Assembly (NCBI RefSeq): GCF_963676685.1
Contig: NC_092345.1
Coordinates: forward strand, 37,758,001-37,822,000
DNA: 64,000 bases
Direction: 5' to 3'
Source of the DNA: Mytilus edulis
Taxonomy: Eukaryota
Below the pieces are notes generated by a model that ran no database searches, had not been told where the DNA came from, and saw only the letters and a list, made by a program, of their open reading frames with translations. Of the stretch, positions 1 to 13,115 are shown piece after piece. The translations under genes were made by a program, and so were the position numbers. The number at the start of each line of letters is the position of its first letter. Position 1 is the first letter of the stretch.

Positions 1-65
1 CTGGTAAAGATTTCATGGACCCTGGTGTGGATAAAACCGTGAAAGCAGATACTCTGGATAAGTAA
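1..65 (+). CDS. 3' end of a PhyH-family dioxygenase paralog (partial; the rest lies upstream of the window)
   Basis: Frame from nt 3 reads GKDFMDPGVDKTVKADTLDK* (TAA 63-65). It nearly matches the C-terminus GKDFLDPSVDKTVKADKGQ* of the minus-strand PhyH gene at 19260-19367. AATAAA at 213-218. Confidence 0.8.
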   Translation, partial: GKDFMDPGVDKTVKADTLDK

Positions 66-1349
66 AATGCAGTTGAACTGTCAGCAAGGGAGACAACCAG
101 ACTTTTACAACTAGTCCTCTTCGACACATTTTGTAAACGGTCGTTAGTAGAATAGTGTTTAAACAATTACACTGTAAACACTTAAATTTTTAACATAATG
201 ATAGTTTCCATGAATAAAGTTTATATTTACTTCATTGTCTCATGCTCTTGAATGATATTTGTCTCATTAGTTTATAGCATACCACATCTTCGTATTTGTT
301 TTAAGATTTTTATTCTATTTCAATCTACAAATGGCTTAAGTTAAAATAATAATGTCCAAGCCCTTACATCATTGTCTATGATTCTTTCTGTCTAGTGAGC
401 GGAATACAATGACTAGATAAGTCCCTCTAAATACAACTAGATTAAAATTTTTGATAGCTTGAAGAAATTAACTTACCTCAAGTCTAATGAAACAACGCAA
501 ATATCTTCATATTTAAGACGAAAAAATAGGTATATTGGCCACAAGTAACACCATACTGCATGGAGCTTTACAACTTAAAACAAAAACAAATCAGGCCGCC
601 GAGTATACAAGACAACTCAGACCTCCTACATAAAACTAAGCCAGGCCGGTGTTTTGACAGATATATAGACAAGTAGGTCAACTTACGTACAATGACCAGT
701 ATTTGGTCGATTTGGGGAAATATAATTGTCAAAGACAACTCTAAACAAACTTAACCAAGTCGGGTCCCATTTTAAAACAACTCGGACCGTCTATATCTGA
801 TAGATATCTCTGACGGTTCAACTTACAATGTTGGCTTAATGTTTTATTGAATTGAAGAGAAATATTAAATAGAATAGAGATGGCAACATGACACTTGTAA
901 AACAGACAACAACCCGACCAAAGAGCAGAAAAGAGACTATGGATGCACATGGGACCGTCTAGACAATTCAGTTCGTTTGGCATTCCTCAATGAGACTCTT
1001 CTTGCAAAATGCACCGATATAATAGATTAGCAGTTACTGAACATAATTTCAAAGCTTATAACAACTAACAAATAAGTCATGTTTTACCAAACTTAAAAAT
1101 CAGTCAGTTCAAATGGAATGAAGACGTCATACTATGTCTGAGTCGAATAAAGCCAATTATGATTATTGCAATGCCAATACTTTAAAAGTATTGACATGGT
1201 ATAGACAAATAAGACTTAGTGTTCAAAACTGAAAAGCAATGCACACTAAGATATTTATTTATTAAACAAAACTTATTATAACTTGCCCTACATCAACCCA
1301 ATTATTTATCTTTCTTAATTATGAAGCTGTGCGATTGCTTTAAAATATA

Positions 1350-1790
1350 GAGACGACATTATAATAAAACTAGCAGATAAAGGCATCAGTGTTGTATAGT
1401 TGAGGACACATATGATTACATTCAAGAGGTAGAACGTCATCTTTCTAATGAGAGAAATTAGACTCGGACCCAACCCCTCAATTCAACAAAGAGGTTACCA
1501 CCAACTTGAAAATAATGTGTGACCAGATCATATTAATGAAGACATAGTTTTAAATACCAAACCTGAAAAATCAAAACCGGGGTTTTTCTATCTTCTGTCA
1601 AACATACACAAAGTCAATAATCCTGGGAGACCTATTGTTTCTGCCAATGACCACCCTACAGAGGAAATATCAGAATTCATTAATTTTCATATAAGACCAC
1701 TAAGATACAACACACTATTTTTAAAAATGGAATCCTTGATAATGCTTGTCTCGCTTGATGTGACCTCTCTCCACACTAACATCCGCAATA
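1350..1790 (+). mobile_element. Degraded Penelope-like (PLE) reverse transcriptase fragment
   Basis: Translated pieces DDIIIKLADKGISVV, KPGFFYLLSNIHKVNNPGRPIVSANDHPTEEISEFINFHIRPL and LVSLDVTSLHTNI match PLE RT motifs. They are interrupted by stops, frameshifts and deletions. Confidence 0.8.
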
Positions 1791-1967
1791 ATCTCTTTAC
1801 CAACATCACCCATGAACATGGTTTATTTCATATCGGTTGAGAATATTAAGATTCTCTTATTGGTTTAAAAGGGGTCACATGACATTCATTATTCTTCAAT
1901 AATAAATTCCATCGGTCATTAAGAGAAAAAAACGGACCAGAAAACCGGTCGTTAACGAACTTTACAT

Positions 1968-2090
1968 GATAATGACCGGTGGGGCGTGGTTTCCGTCTGA
2001 TAATGACCGTTGGTGCGTGGTTTTCGTCTGATAATGACCGTTGGGGCGTGATTTCTCTGTTAATGATCGATGGGGCGTGGTTTCTCTGTT
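1968..2090. repeat. ~31-bp minisatellite, ~4 copies
   Basis: Repeated unit (g)ataatgaccgttggggcgtggttt(t)cgtct. Confidence 0.85.
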
Positions 2091-3579
2091 TAAAGAGATG
2101 TACCTTTTATAAAACATGTTCCTGGTTTTAATATTAATATATTTATGTTGTTGAATGGTTTATTATATGTTTTCATAGACATATCATAGATACCATGATT
2201 GATTTTTTTTTATTTGCTAAGTTTACCAACCAAAATATCACACCTTATCCCCAAAAATTGAAAAGAAACCGATCCTTATAGAAATAATAACATATTAAGC
2301 TGGTTGTCTTAAACTACAAAATCCTTCTTCGTCGGTAATACATTAAGCTGTTGATAAAAGGATATAAGAGATGACATATTTAATTTATATATGACATTAA
2401 TTGTCGAAATCCGGATATTGTGTACAAATTTTCATGTTTGCGGTTCACTAATTATGCAGCAGGTTTAAACGTTTGAATATATACAATCTATTTTCCCGCG
2501 TTATAAGTTAAACAGGCTGTCAGTAAACACTGATTAAACGATCCATGTGACTTTGGTTCAGCTGATTTGGTAAGAAAGAAATGCACTCTAAGGTAGTGAG
2601 TTCATTTTTGTTTTTCGAATTTGTAATTTTTTAATTGATGACTGTCAGGCCACACGTATTTGATTTCTTGTTAATTTGCAAATTTAATAAAAAATAAAAA
2701 TAAAAAAAAATTGGCGCGAAGCTTGGAAGGTAAACACAAGCGATTGTAAATTTTTTTTGGTAAACTTTGTATTTTGGTATGATTTCTTACTGCTAAATGT
2801 TGGGAGTTTTTCTGTTCACCAAGACATGTAATGCCCACCTTTTATGACTTCTTGCATTACTGTTATATTCTGAGGACATCAAAAAAATTAACCTGAATAG
2901 ATAATTAAATAATTATTTCAATTACTTTGAATGATCTCCATTCAATGGTCATAGCTCTCTTCCCTCTTTCACCGGACATGACTTATAACTAGAACCAGTC
3001 CACGGTTGGTGTCTTGCAAGAGGCAGAAACTTTCCTACTTCAGGGACATTTGTGCACAACTTCTTTATTGTGGGGGGGGGGGGGGGGGGGGGGTCAAGTT
3101 GTTTGTTGTTGTATGTACATTTTATTTTTTGTGTAACATGTAACGATTGTTGGTTGTGCGCTGTGTCATATTTTTTCTGGCTTTGTCTTTTTCGTACTAT
3201 GTATATAAATACAGGAGGCTTTGACAAAGACCAAACAGCAAGCTTTAAAGGACCAAAATGACTAGTGTAAAACAATTCAAATAGAAAAAAAACCCGATTT
3301 ATTCTTTCAATGATACAAACGGAGAAGTACCTATGAACCACACAAACAACCGACAACTACTGAACAACAGGCCCCTGCGCGGGAAAAAGACACGATTACT
3401 TTTCGGGGTGAGGGAAGCGGGAATATAAAAAAAAATGGTTTTGAAAAAATATATGCGGGCGGGTCCGTCGAACAAGGAATTGGTGTGGCCTGAACAGCAA
3501 GAAAATTGAAGTCAATATCCAGACAAATTGTCTATACATGATTGTAAAAGTCAGTAAGACGTTCATCAAATTATAAACT

Positions 3580-3785
3580 CTGTATGTTATAATGATTTTG
3601 TATGTTTTAATGACTTTGTATGTTATAATGACTTTGTATGTTATAATGACTTTGTATGTTATAATGACTTTGTATGTTATAATGATTTTGTATGTTATAA
3701 TGACTTTGTATGTTATAATGACTTTGTATGTTTTAATGATTTTGTATGTTTTAATGACTTTGTATGTTTTAATGACTTTGTATAT
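3580..3785. repeat. 18-bp minisatellite, ~11 copies
   Basis: Unit tgtatgttataatgactt. It explains the spurious ORF (MTLYVI)n. Confidence 0.95.
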
Positions 3786-4336
3786 TTGACTGACCTTGGA
3801 TATTTTAATCCATAACCAGGATATTTGTCATCCGCCTCAAGACACAAACTTTAAGATTAAAAAGTTAAAACTGAATTATCAAAAGAGAATTAAAAATAAG
3901 TATATTAAAATATTTAATGAATTCTATATAAAAAATGAATTATTGACCATATACGGTTACATTCCCTTATACAAAATTATTTACCGTTGTTTTTTATTTG
4001 CACTGTTTCTAAAATCACCATATGAATTAAATTAATAAAAATTGATATATGGAAATAAGAAGATGTAGCATGATTGTCAATAAGACAACTCTCTACCAGA
4101 GACCACATGACGACGAAGTTAACAGCTACAGGTCACCGCCGTACGCCTTCATCAATGAGCAACGCGCATACTTATAAATAAGGATCTAGATGGGGGTTTA
4201 CGGAATAGATAATGATAGATAATTGGCAAACATATGTATGTAAAAGAAGAGACCCCCCACCCCACCCCACAAAAAAAAAGAATAGAGAATGAAATGGTTC
4301 TAAAATTTAAAGAACAGAGAATAATATGATTCTAAA

Positions 4337-4944
4337 AGGAGTAGGTCCGGTAAGGGCCGATTTTGGCCTCAAATTTCAGGTTCATCTAACGAAAGATTTT
4401 GGACACTTTTTTAAATTTAATATTCCTCGGAGTTCAGTATTTTTGTGTTTTTACTTTTTAAGTGTCTATTTCAATTGATTTGATTAGTTTTTGTGAAAGA
4501 TTTTAACTGATTTAGGCATTGACAACGCTCTGATTCAAGCTTAAATATAAAAAATCTATCAAATATGGCAAAAAACGTCACTTTTCAGATGGTTTTTGTC
4601 AAAAATGAAATCCGTGTTCATCCTCAACCTTTATATATGTTATGTATTATCATCATATACAACTTACATTTCAATATTATGAATGAACACGAATGCGGCC
4701 ACTTTCATTTAAGACGGAAACCGTCTAAAATTTAACTAAAATGCTTAAATTGTGAAGATTTCAGTTATTTAGCATGACTTAATGCTAGTACTCGATATAT
4801 GTACATTGTTTTGACAAAAACAGCCTATATGTATGTAGCAGAAGCATTCTACTTTCCAATAAATAGCTAAAAGATTACAATTTCCCAATTTTGTAAAACT
4901 GCTATATTTTGGGGCCAAAAAGGGGTCTTACTGAACCTACTCCT
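4337..4944. mobile_element. Non-autonomous TIR element (MITE), possibly TTAA-target/Kolobok type
   Basis: Imperfect TIRs AGGAGTAGGTCCGGTAAG ... CTTACTGAACCTACTCCT. The right flank is TTAA and the left flank is an imperfect TAAA. Confidence 0.65.
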
Positions 4945-5361
4945 TTAAAGAATAGAGAATAATGGACAAAAAGTATAAATAATATAGGTAAATGGCCTAA
5001 CAGAAATGTTTATCCTCCTATCAAGACCATCATGAAGGAAACAGACAGACCAATATCCTCAATTTATCTTATACACAAACATATCTATCTACCTTAACCT
5101 AACTTTCAGGTATAAAGATAAGATTATTTTCTTAGTCTAGCGCCTGTGACTATCCACCAATCATGCGATGATCAGAACTTCAGTACTTTGATTTTTAATG
5201 AGTTATAGGACTCAACGAATTAGACCAGTCTTTATCGTGTTGTGTTTCAAATTTTTAACTGAATACACACAATCTTTATATTTCAAGATACAGCGATCAA
5301 GCTGCACTTCAAACTTTACAAGCCTCGCAACTACACTAAATCCAATTACTATCCTCATGCA

Positions 5362-7080
5362 TCTATACTATTAAACGAGAAGACCTCATTTTGGGTGTCG
5401 CTTCTCTTCCTTCCACAATAAATCAATCATCATGCCTCTGTGTCCTATAGGTAACATGCATAGTCGCATTTGTCATCCATTCTTATGATTATTCAGATTG
5501 AGTTATTTTGGGAGAAAAACGACAAAAAAGGAGTCCGGATATGATTCCGTCATCGGACTGACTTTTAGTCATAGATAAAACTTCCGGTTTTAAAGATGCA
5601 CAAATTCAACCAATCGTATGATAGATAACAAAAATGAAAAATAAATAAGCCAATACGAGCGTTCTCCATATCATGGTGTTTAGATCGCAAGAACCACAAC
5701 TATTATACCTCCTTATAGAGGACAATTATTTTTCGCGTTTATCTACATGTAAACTACGTTTATACTACTTTAATATATAGAGACTCTCTGTATTCTGTCT
5801 ACTGTTTTCTTTGAAATGTTTACTATTTAAGGGGTCATACAAGTTGTATATATATATTAAAATAAGTAAAACATTTGACACAAGTACAACCAATCGTATG
5901 ATGGATAACAAAAATTGAAAAAAAATAAGCCATTCAGAGCGTTCTCAATATCATGGTGTTTAGATCGTAAGAATCACAACTATTATATCTCCTTAGAGAG
6001 GACAATTATTTTTCGCGTTTCATATCATGGTGTTTTGATCGCAAGAACCACAACTATTATACCTCCTTAGAGAAGACAATTATTTTTCGCGTTTATCTAC
6101 ATGTAAACTACGATTATACTACTTTAATATATAGAGACTGTTTTGTATTCTGTCAGGGACTTTCTATGTTAGTATGTTAGTATAGAAAGTCGGCCCTGAT
6201 TCTGTTTTCTTTGAAATTTTTACTATTTAAGGGGTCATACCACTTGCATATGTATCAAAATAAGTAAAACATGCTCAACTTCATCTAAAACTACCTCGAC
6301 CAAAAACTTTAACCTGAAGCGGGACAGACACGGACGGACGAACGAACGAACGAACGAACGGATGTACAGACTAGAAAACATAATGCCCATAAATGGGGCA
6401 TAACAATTTACTGTTGAAAGGGAAAATAGTGATTTGGCAAAAATGAAAGTAAGGTAGAGATAAGAAGTAGGCAGGACCTTTTTCGGGGCGTCGGGATCGG
6501 GTGTTTTTAAGCTCGGGATTTGGGGATTGATCCTTACGGGATCCGGGAATATATTTTTCGATTTCGGGATATGCAATTCTTTAAATTCTGCATCTCGGGA
6601 TTTCATGGTTTTAAGCCCGGGATTTCGGGATCAGGACCCGTCCGACCACCCCTCAAATTAGCCTTAAAAGTTAGTCATTTATACATGATTCATATCCTAC
6701 CATTGGCATGTTAATATGGCTCTCAAACGAAAAAGAAAACACTGATGGATTGTCCTAGAAGCATATTTTATTAGACTAATAATGGTCTATATATAAGCAG
6801 TTACATTTATTTCATGTTTGAAACGGTGCAAATTGTTAATTTGATTTGACTTTTACCAAAAGAAGCATTGTAGCAAAGGAGAAGAATAATTGTGGTCTGA
6901 GGCCAGACACACGAAAATAATTGAATTTAAAAGAAAGGAAACAAATATCGGACTTTGGAAAAAGGGAGAGGGCTTTTGATACCTTTTATGAAATTCTCCA
7001 TACATAATATCTTTTACAAAAAATCATCCTACAACAGTCTACAAGCTGTATATGCCCGCGATTTCGCGGGTTTGTTCTAG
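5362..7080 (+). mobile_element. Non-autonomous Helitron, copy 1
   Basis: Starts TC, ends CTAG with a subterminal hairpin CCCGCGATTTCGCGGG, and is inserted between A and T. A second, inverted copy is at 11901-13115. Copy 1 has an internal tandem duplication at ~5600-6270. Confidence 0.85.
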
Positions 7081-7813
7081 TTTTATTTATTCATTGTAAA
7101 CTAATGAGTTACATTGTGTGAGACAGTTCCGGTGACAAAAATACTAAAAATAGGAATGCAACAAAACTTTAGGAACAACTAAAGGAAGGAAATGAGTTTG
7201 TGTCATGAATAGATACCCCCATCCTTTGTTTTTCCATTACAAATGGATGTATTATATCATAATACTTCGTCGGCCCCTGTTTAGTTTAAGTGACAATTCT
7301 CATCCACAATATGTAGTTACAACTTCGCTAAATGCAAATTATCAATAAAGGCTTAAAAGAGAAGCAAAAGATACAAAAGGGACATTGAAACTCATAAGTC
7401 GAAAAAAAACTGACACCGCCTAGGCAAAAAAAAATGGAACAAAAGAATGCCTACAGTACACATAACACATAACACCACTAAGACAACTAAAATCTAAGCA
7501 ACACAAACGCCACCTAATACCGGAAAGCGGGGACAAATTCACCTCTCAATGTATAAAAATATGTCTCATAAAAGAGGAAATATTCATTTATCATTTCCAT
7601 AAAAGAAAAAATACAACATTGTTACACATCATTTAATTAAATATTCCAATGTGTCAAATAAAAAGGTGGGGTATTTTTTTTTTATGCAGAACAAATACTA
7701 AAATGTTTCAAGGTTAATAATTATAGCCTTTCGTGTAAAAGACGCTATCTTCATTTAAAGTTCAATGTACTTCTATCAAACACACTAAACATGGACTTAT
7801 CGTATAAACTACT

Positions 7814-10800
7814 TCAGGAACTAGTAACAGCTCTCGAACACACTGCACATGGAATATCGGCATTATCTGTGAACGTAGAACATGATAATGAACCACATTT
7901 AATTTCAGTTAAATAAAGCAGCCCTTGGTTGTTCGAAGTTGCCCCTGCATAACTGGCATCTTTGTCTAGACAAATGTAAGATTTGGATGTCGTACCGGCA
8001 GTTGAGTCAGAAGCTAAATAACCAGTGTACTCGGCAGCATAACCTGACGGACATGTGAGCAATCCGGCTACCATAAATACAGATTTACTCGAGATAACTT
8101 GGCAGACTGTGCAAGGTATTGTGCTCTCGTCATTACTAAGATCAATAACTGAGGTAGAGTCTGTGGTGTCTAATTTAAGCTCCATGCCGTATATATAGCC
8201 TCGTTCTGAGTTTACATTAGCATTTGTAGCGCCATATGTTGGACTTGACGTCAAGCATTGATAGTTACTACCTGATCCGCTGCCATCATGTTTAGCCCCA
8301 GCCATCGTACCTATAACAAAATATAATACTTTAACAACTAATTCGGAACTCGTAATTCAGTGTTTGTCGTTTGTTGCTGTGATACATATTTGTTTTTCGT
8401 TCAATTTTGAACATTATTAGGCCGTTAGTTTTCTCGTTTGAATTGTTTTACATTTTTGATTTGTGAGTCTTTAATAGCTGCCTATGCGGTATGGGACTTT
8501 CCTCATTGTTGAAGGCTGTACGGTGAACTATAGCTGTAAATTTCTGTGTCATTTTGGTCTCTTGTGGAGAGATGTCTCATTGGCAATCATACCACATCTT
8601 CTTTTTTGTAAATAAAGTGTGGTAGGATTTCTGTATGCTCATAAATTGGCCGTTTCAAATCCTAACGCTTTCTGTGAATATTTCCAAAGTGTACACCGAA
8701 ACGTCGTGACTGATTCTTAACGTCAAAACCAAAAGAAATTCGTCCAATGACGTGAAGTTATTTATATTTGGAGGGGTGGTTCACCAACAGCGAACCTACC
8801 GAAAGTCATTTAGATTCTGAAACGGCAAATTGCATTATAAATACTTTTGAAAACTAGCAAGGATCAAATTAGAAATCATCGCATGTTAGAGAGATCGATT
8901 ACGGAAAGGGACTGGATTATTTCGGTTTAGTCACACTGAGATTTATGATTTCGAATCCCGCACGTGTCAGTTTTCCTACTGTGCAGTCCGACTTGCTTTG
9001 CCAATAAAAAAAAACTACGCCACGAAGTAGCACAATAGTGTTGAAAGTATCATCAAACACCAATCAATCAATAAAAAAATAAATTTAGATTAAATCAATA
9101 ATTTTAGATACGAACGTAAATCATAAAAAAGTAAACAAAAATTTGACCTTTGTAAACAACTGCTGCTGTGACCGAACAACCACTGGCTCCATAACGTGTG
9201 TAGACTGGTCCGGTTGCTGCAATTAAAAACAATAATTTACTAAAAATGTATAACGTATCGTATTGAGATCTTGTTCAATGAGTTAAACAATTGCTCTAGG
9301 ACAGTGATGAATTGTAAAATATTATATTTGCTAGATAAAAAGGGTATTGAACACAAACAAAACCTAGCAAACTAACAACAAAATATCCAAATATAAACAA
9401 TACTATAAACAATACATTATATTCTATATAATTTGAATTTATTTGCAGCATCAGCAAGCAAACACATTATTGAGATTAGTTAATTGGTCGACGAATATGT
9501 TACCCAAGATTGACTTTAGACATCATCAATTTGCTGGATTATTTCTATGTTCGCTATTAAAAAACTGAAGTGTTTGGCGTTATACTTCAAAAGCACTGAA
9601 ATAACAAAACGTTGTAATTGGCTAACAAAATATTAAACTATGGAAATTTAACAAATTATGCGACATTAATTTTATTTTTGAGATACAGACGACAAATTAC
9701 TTAGCCGTTAGATTCTTAAATGCCAAATAATAACATGCTTTCATAATCAGACCCAGAACAAATCAGTGTTACCCTAATATACGATAAAGTCTCTGACATA
9801 CAATGAATTTTGACGTAACACATTGCTTTTCAACAAATGTCTCTTACATACAATTTAATTATTTTTTAATTACATTTTTAAGATGTTACTCCGGAACTTA
9901 GGTCTGTGTCATTTAATTTAACTTTTATTTCATCAAAAATGCAAACTATAGAATATAGTGACAAAACAACACAATAATTCAAAAAATGCGCGCAGTGTTT
10001 TAGTTAATTAACAGTGTTGTTCGGTTACGAGTCGAATATTTTTCGATATCATAATTCTTTGATAAGTTATTCCTTTAATAACATTAAAGTAGAGCTTTTA
10101 AACGGAAGAAATGCAGAAAATCAAGGAACTATAATTATCTTTTTCTATGCATTCACAATTTCGTTGTTGCGACGTCATCGACCACGTCACGGTTGACAAA
10201 CACCTATAACTATAAAGATTATTATAAAGAGGAATAAAAATTTCGAGTTTATTTTACATTTAAAATTATCGGTTTTCATTTAATCACGGTAATTCACAGC
10301 AACTAAAGTAATAAAGTAATGTACTTACCAGAAGTGCATTTGTAGGAAATAGTCAATGTTTCTTCTTTGTTAGCTGCACAGTCACTATCAGGAAACACAG
10401 TATCAGTAGCTGCAACCGAACAGCTGCTTTCATCATCACACAAACCTTGTACTATTGACAGTGCATTAAGGTCAAGGCATGAACTTCCAGATTTGTATTC
10501 AGCATTTATTATTTTGATTTTTTCCCCATTGGAGCAAGATAAAGTTGCAGTATTTCCTTGGTTTTCAGTTTGTGTCAATAGATCTATAAATAAGTATAAG
10601 TTTCAACATGCGATAGACAATATAAAACTGAAAAAAAGATCATCTTGGAACACATCACGTCTCTTGTCCCCTGGATTAATGTAGTAGTTCGTTGTTGTTT
10701 GCTCAACGTCAATGGCAAAAAATGTCATGTAAGAATCTAAAAAGTTCTTTGTAATATTTTTTTGTAACAACGAACAGCAAAACGTTGTGATTGACAAAAC

Positions 10801-11796
10801 GTTTTTTCACATTGAAAATTCAGCCAATTTCATTTGGAATACGGATAATGAAATTATTCATATTCCTTCGTATTCTGAAACGGTTGTTATGCCAAAGCGT
10901 TTTCGTCCTAACGGTAACGATTTGCATTTAAATCTTATAAAACAAATCTTTGTTTCCCCGTAGAAAGAATATTGATAGCACCTCTATTTCGATTAACACA
11001 GAAATCATTTCAATAATAAATTGCAGTGAGTTATTTCTAGATGATAATTAAATGACTTAAAATCCAAGAAATCGAAAACCAATTGCGAAACCACCAACCA
11101 ATATTAGTTTAATTTCAACGTAGCTGATTCGAGGATTTAATACAGTCACTTCAAGCAGACTTTTAAAAAAAATGGACATGTAATTTGAAAATTAACTAAA
11201 GCACACAAACCGATACACAATGCAATTATAGTTTGATCATCGATCAAATCCCAACAAATCTGTTTAAAAATCTATTTAAGGATAAAAGCTTCATTTTCAT
11301 AATTTCATTGCGGTGGGAAAACGTTATCCGAGGCACATTTTGTATGAAGCCCGGAACCATATTAACATTTTGTGCTACAACCATGAAATTAAGAGTCATA
11401 TCAAGCTTTCCGTTTGTCAAGTTTTCAATGCATTATTTTAGCATTGTCGACGGAAAGCACGTTAAGTCACAGCTGTTGTAATATCAGCCAATCAAAATAA
11501 TGGATTCAAATGAAATATTAATTATTCATACTTACTGCTAATACAGTTGAATTTTACAGTAAACGTTTGTTCTCTATCTACGCTACAATCTGAACTAAAC
11601 GTGTCGCTATTCAACGTTACAACGTAAGTTTGTTTGCCACTTGTTAAAGCCTGTAAAGTAGTCAATGCGCTTGCGTCGCCACATGCTGGATCAACGTTAT
11701 TTCCATAAAACGCAGATTTGATATCGATTGAAGTACCAGGATTACATTCAAGAGTAAGCACATCACCTTCAACTCCGTCAATTTTCGTTGCACCAT
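7814..11796 (-). CDS. Protein with two degenerate SUEL (Gal/rhamnose-binding lectin)-like domains and a C-terminal short-chain collagen C4-like cysteine-rich domain; 5' exons not identified
   Basis: Four in-frame GT-AG exons joined in phase 1: 11796-11536 (DGATKIDGVEGDVLTLECNPG...SAFYG...FNC), 10583-10329 (LSCSNGEKIKIINAEY...GLCDDESSCSVAATDTVF...ISYKC), 9216-9148 (GPVYTRYGASGC...VYKG) and 8310-7814 (GTMAG...GSGSNYQCL...PCTVC...CPSGYAAEYTGYL...YICLD...EIKCGSLSC...IPCAVCS*). Confidence 0.85.
8905..9072 (+). mobile_element. tRNA-derived SINE (degenerate)
   Basis: B-box-like TTCGAATCC and 3' tail ...gttgaaagtatcatcaaacaccaatcaatcaat. Related copies are at 15118-15340 (-) and 24558-24790. Confidence 0.55.
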
Positions 11797-11900
11797 CTAC
11801 AATATAATATACCTATTATGACAGATAAGACATTTCCTTTAAAAAATTACTACCATTATGTTACAACAGTTATAATTATATGTCTTTCATTTAATAAATA

Positions 11901-13115
11901 CTAGAACGCACCCGCGAAATCTCGGGCATATACAGCTTGTGAACTGTTGTAGGATGATTTTTTTGTAAAAGATATTATGTATGGAGAATTTCATAAAACG
12001 TATCAAAAGCCCTCTCCTTTTTTCCGAAGTCCGATATTTGTTTCCCTTCTGTTAAATTCAATAATTTTCGTGTTTCTGGCCTCAGACCACAATTATTCTT
12101 CTCCTTTGCTACAATGCATCTTTTGGTAAAAGTCAAATTAAATTAAAACTTTGCACCGCTTCAAACATGAAATAAATGTAACTGTTTATATATAGACCAT
12201 TATAAGTCTAATAAAATATGCTTCTAGGACAATCAATCAGTCATTTTTCTTTTGAGAGCCTTATTAACATGCCAATGGTAGGAGATGAATTTTGTACATT
12301 AAAATGACTAAGACCGACTAAGGCTAACTTGAGGGTGGTCGGAGGGTTCCTGATCCCGAAATTTCGGGCTTAAAAACATGAAATCCCGAGATGCAGAATT
12401 TAAAGAAATTCATTTCCCGAAATACAGGATCCCATAATGATCAATCCCCAAATCCCCAGCTTAAAAACACCCGATCCCGACGTCCCGAAAAATGTCCTGC
12501 CTCCCTCTAATCTCCACCCTACTATCATTTTTGCCAAATCACTACTTTCACTTTCAACAATAAATGTGTATGCCCCATTCATTAGCATTATGTAGTCTGT
12601 GCATCCGTGCGTTCGTTCGTTCGTCCGACCGTCTGTCCCACTTCAGGTTAAAGTTTTTGGTCGAGGTAGTTTTTGATGAAGTTGAAGTCCAATCTATATA
12701 CTAGTATCAAAGTAGTATAATCGTAGTTTACATGTAGATAAACGCGTAAAATAATTGTCCTCTCTAAGGAGATATAGTTGTGGTTCTTGCGATCTAAACA
12801 CCTGATATGGAGAACGCTCTGATTGGCTTATTTATTTTTCATTTTTGTTATCTATCATACGATTGGTTGTACTTGTGCATGTTTCAAACCGGAAGTCTTA
12901 TCTATGACTAAAAGTAGATCTGATGACGTAATCAATATCCGGACTCCTTTTTTGTCGTTTTTCTCCAAAAATAACTCAATCTGAATAATCATAAGAATGA
13001 ATGACGAATGCGACTATGCATGTTACCTATAGAACACAGAGGCATGATGATTAATTTATCGTGGAAGGAAGAGAAGCGACATACAAAGTGAGGTCTTCTC
13101 GTTTAATAGTATACA
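11901..13115 (-). mobile_element. Non-autonomous Helitron, copy 2 (inverted relative to copy 1)
   Basis: Reverse complement of 5362-7080 without the internal duplication. CTAG end at 11901 with hairpin; the 5' end reads TG instead of TC. Confidence 0.85.

Noticed and set aside
2949-3356. 135-aa ORF with poly-Pro
   Set aside because: Arises from a poly-G run and interspersed repeat sequence.
3592-3789. ORF (MTLYVI)n
   Set aside because: Translation of an 18-bp minisatellite with no gene context.
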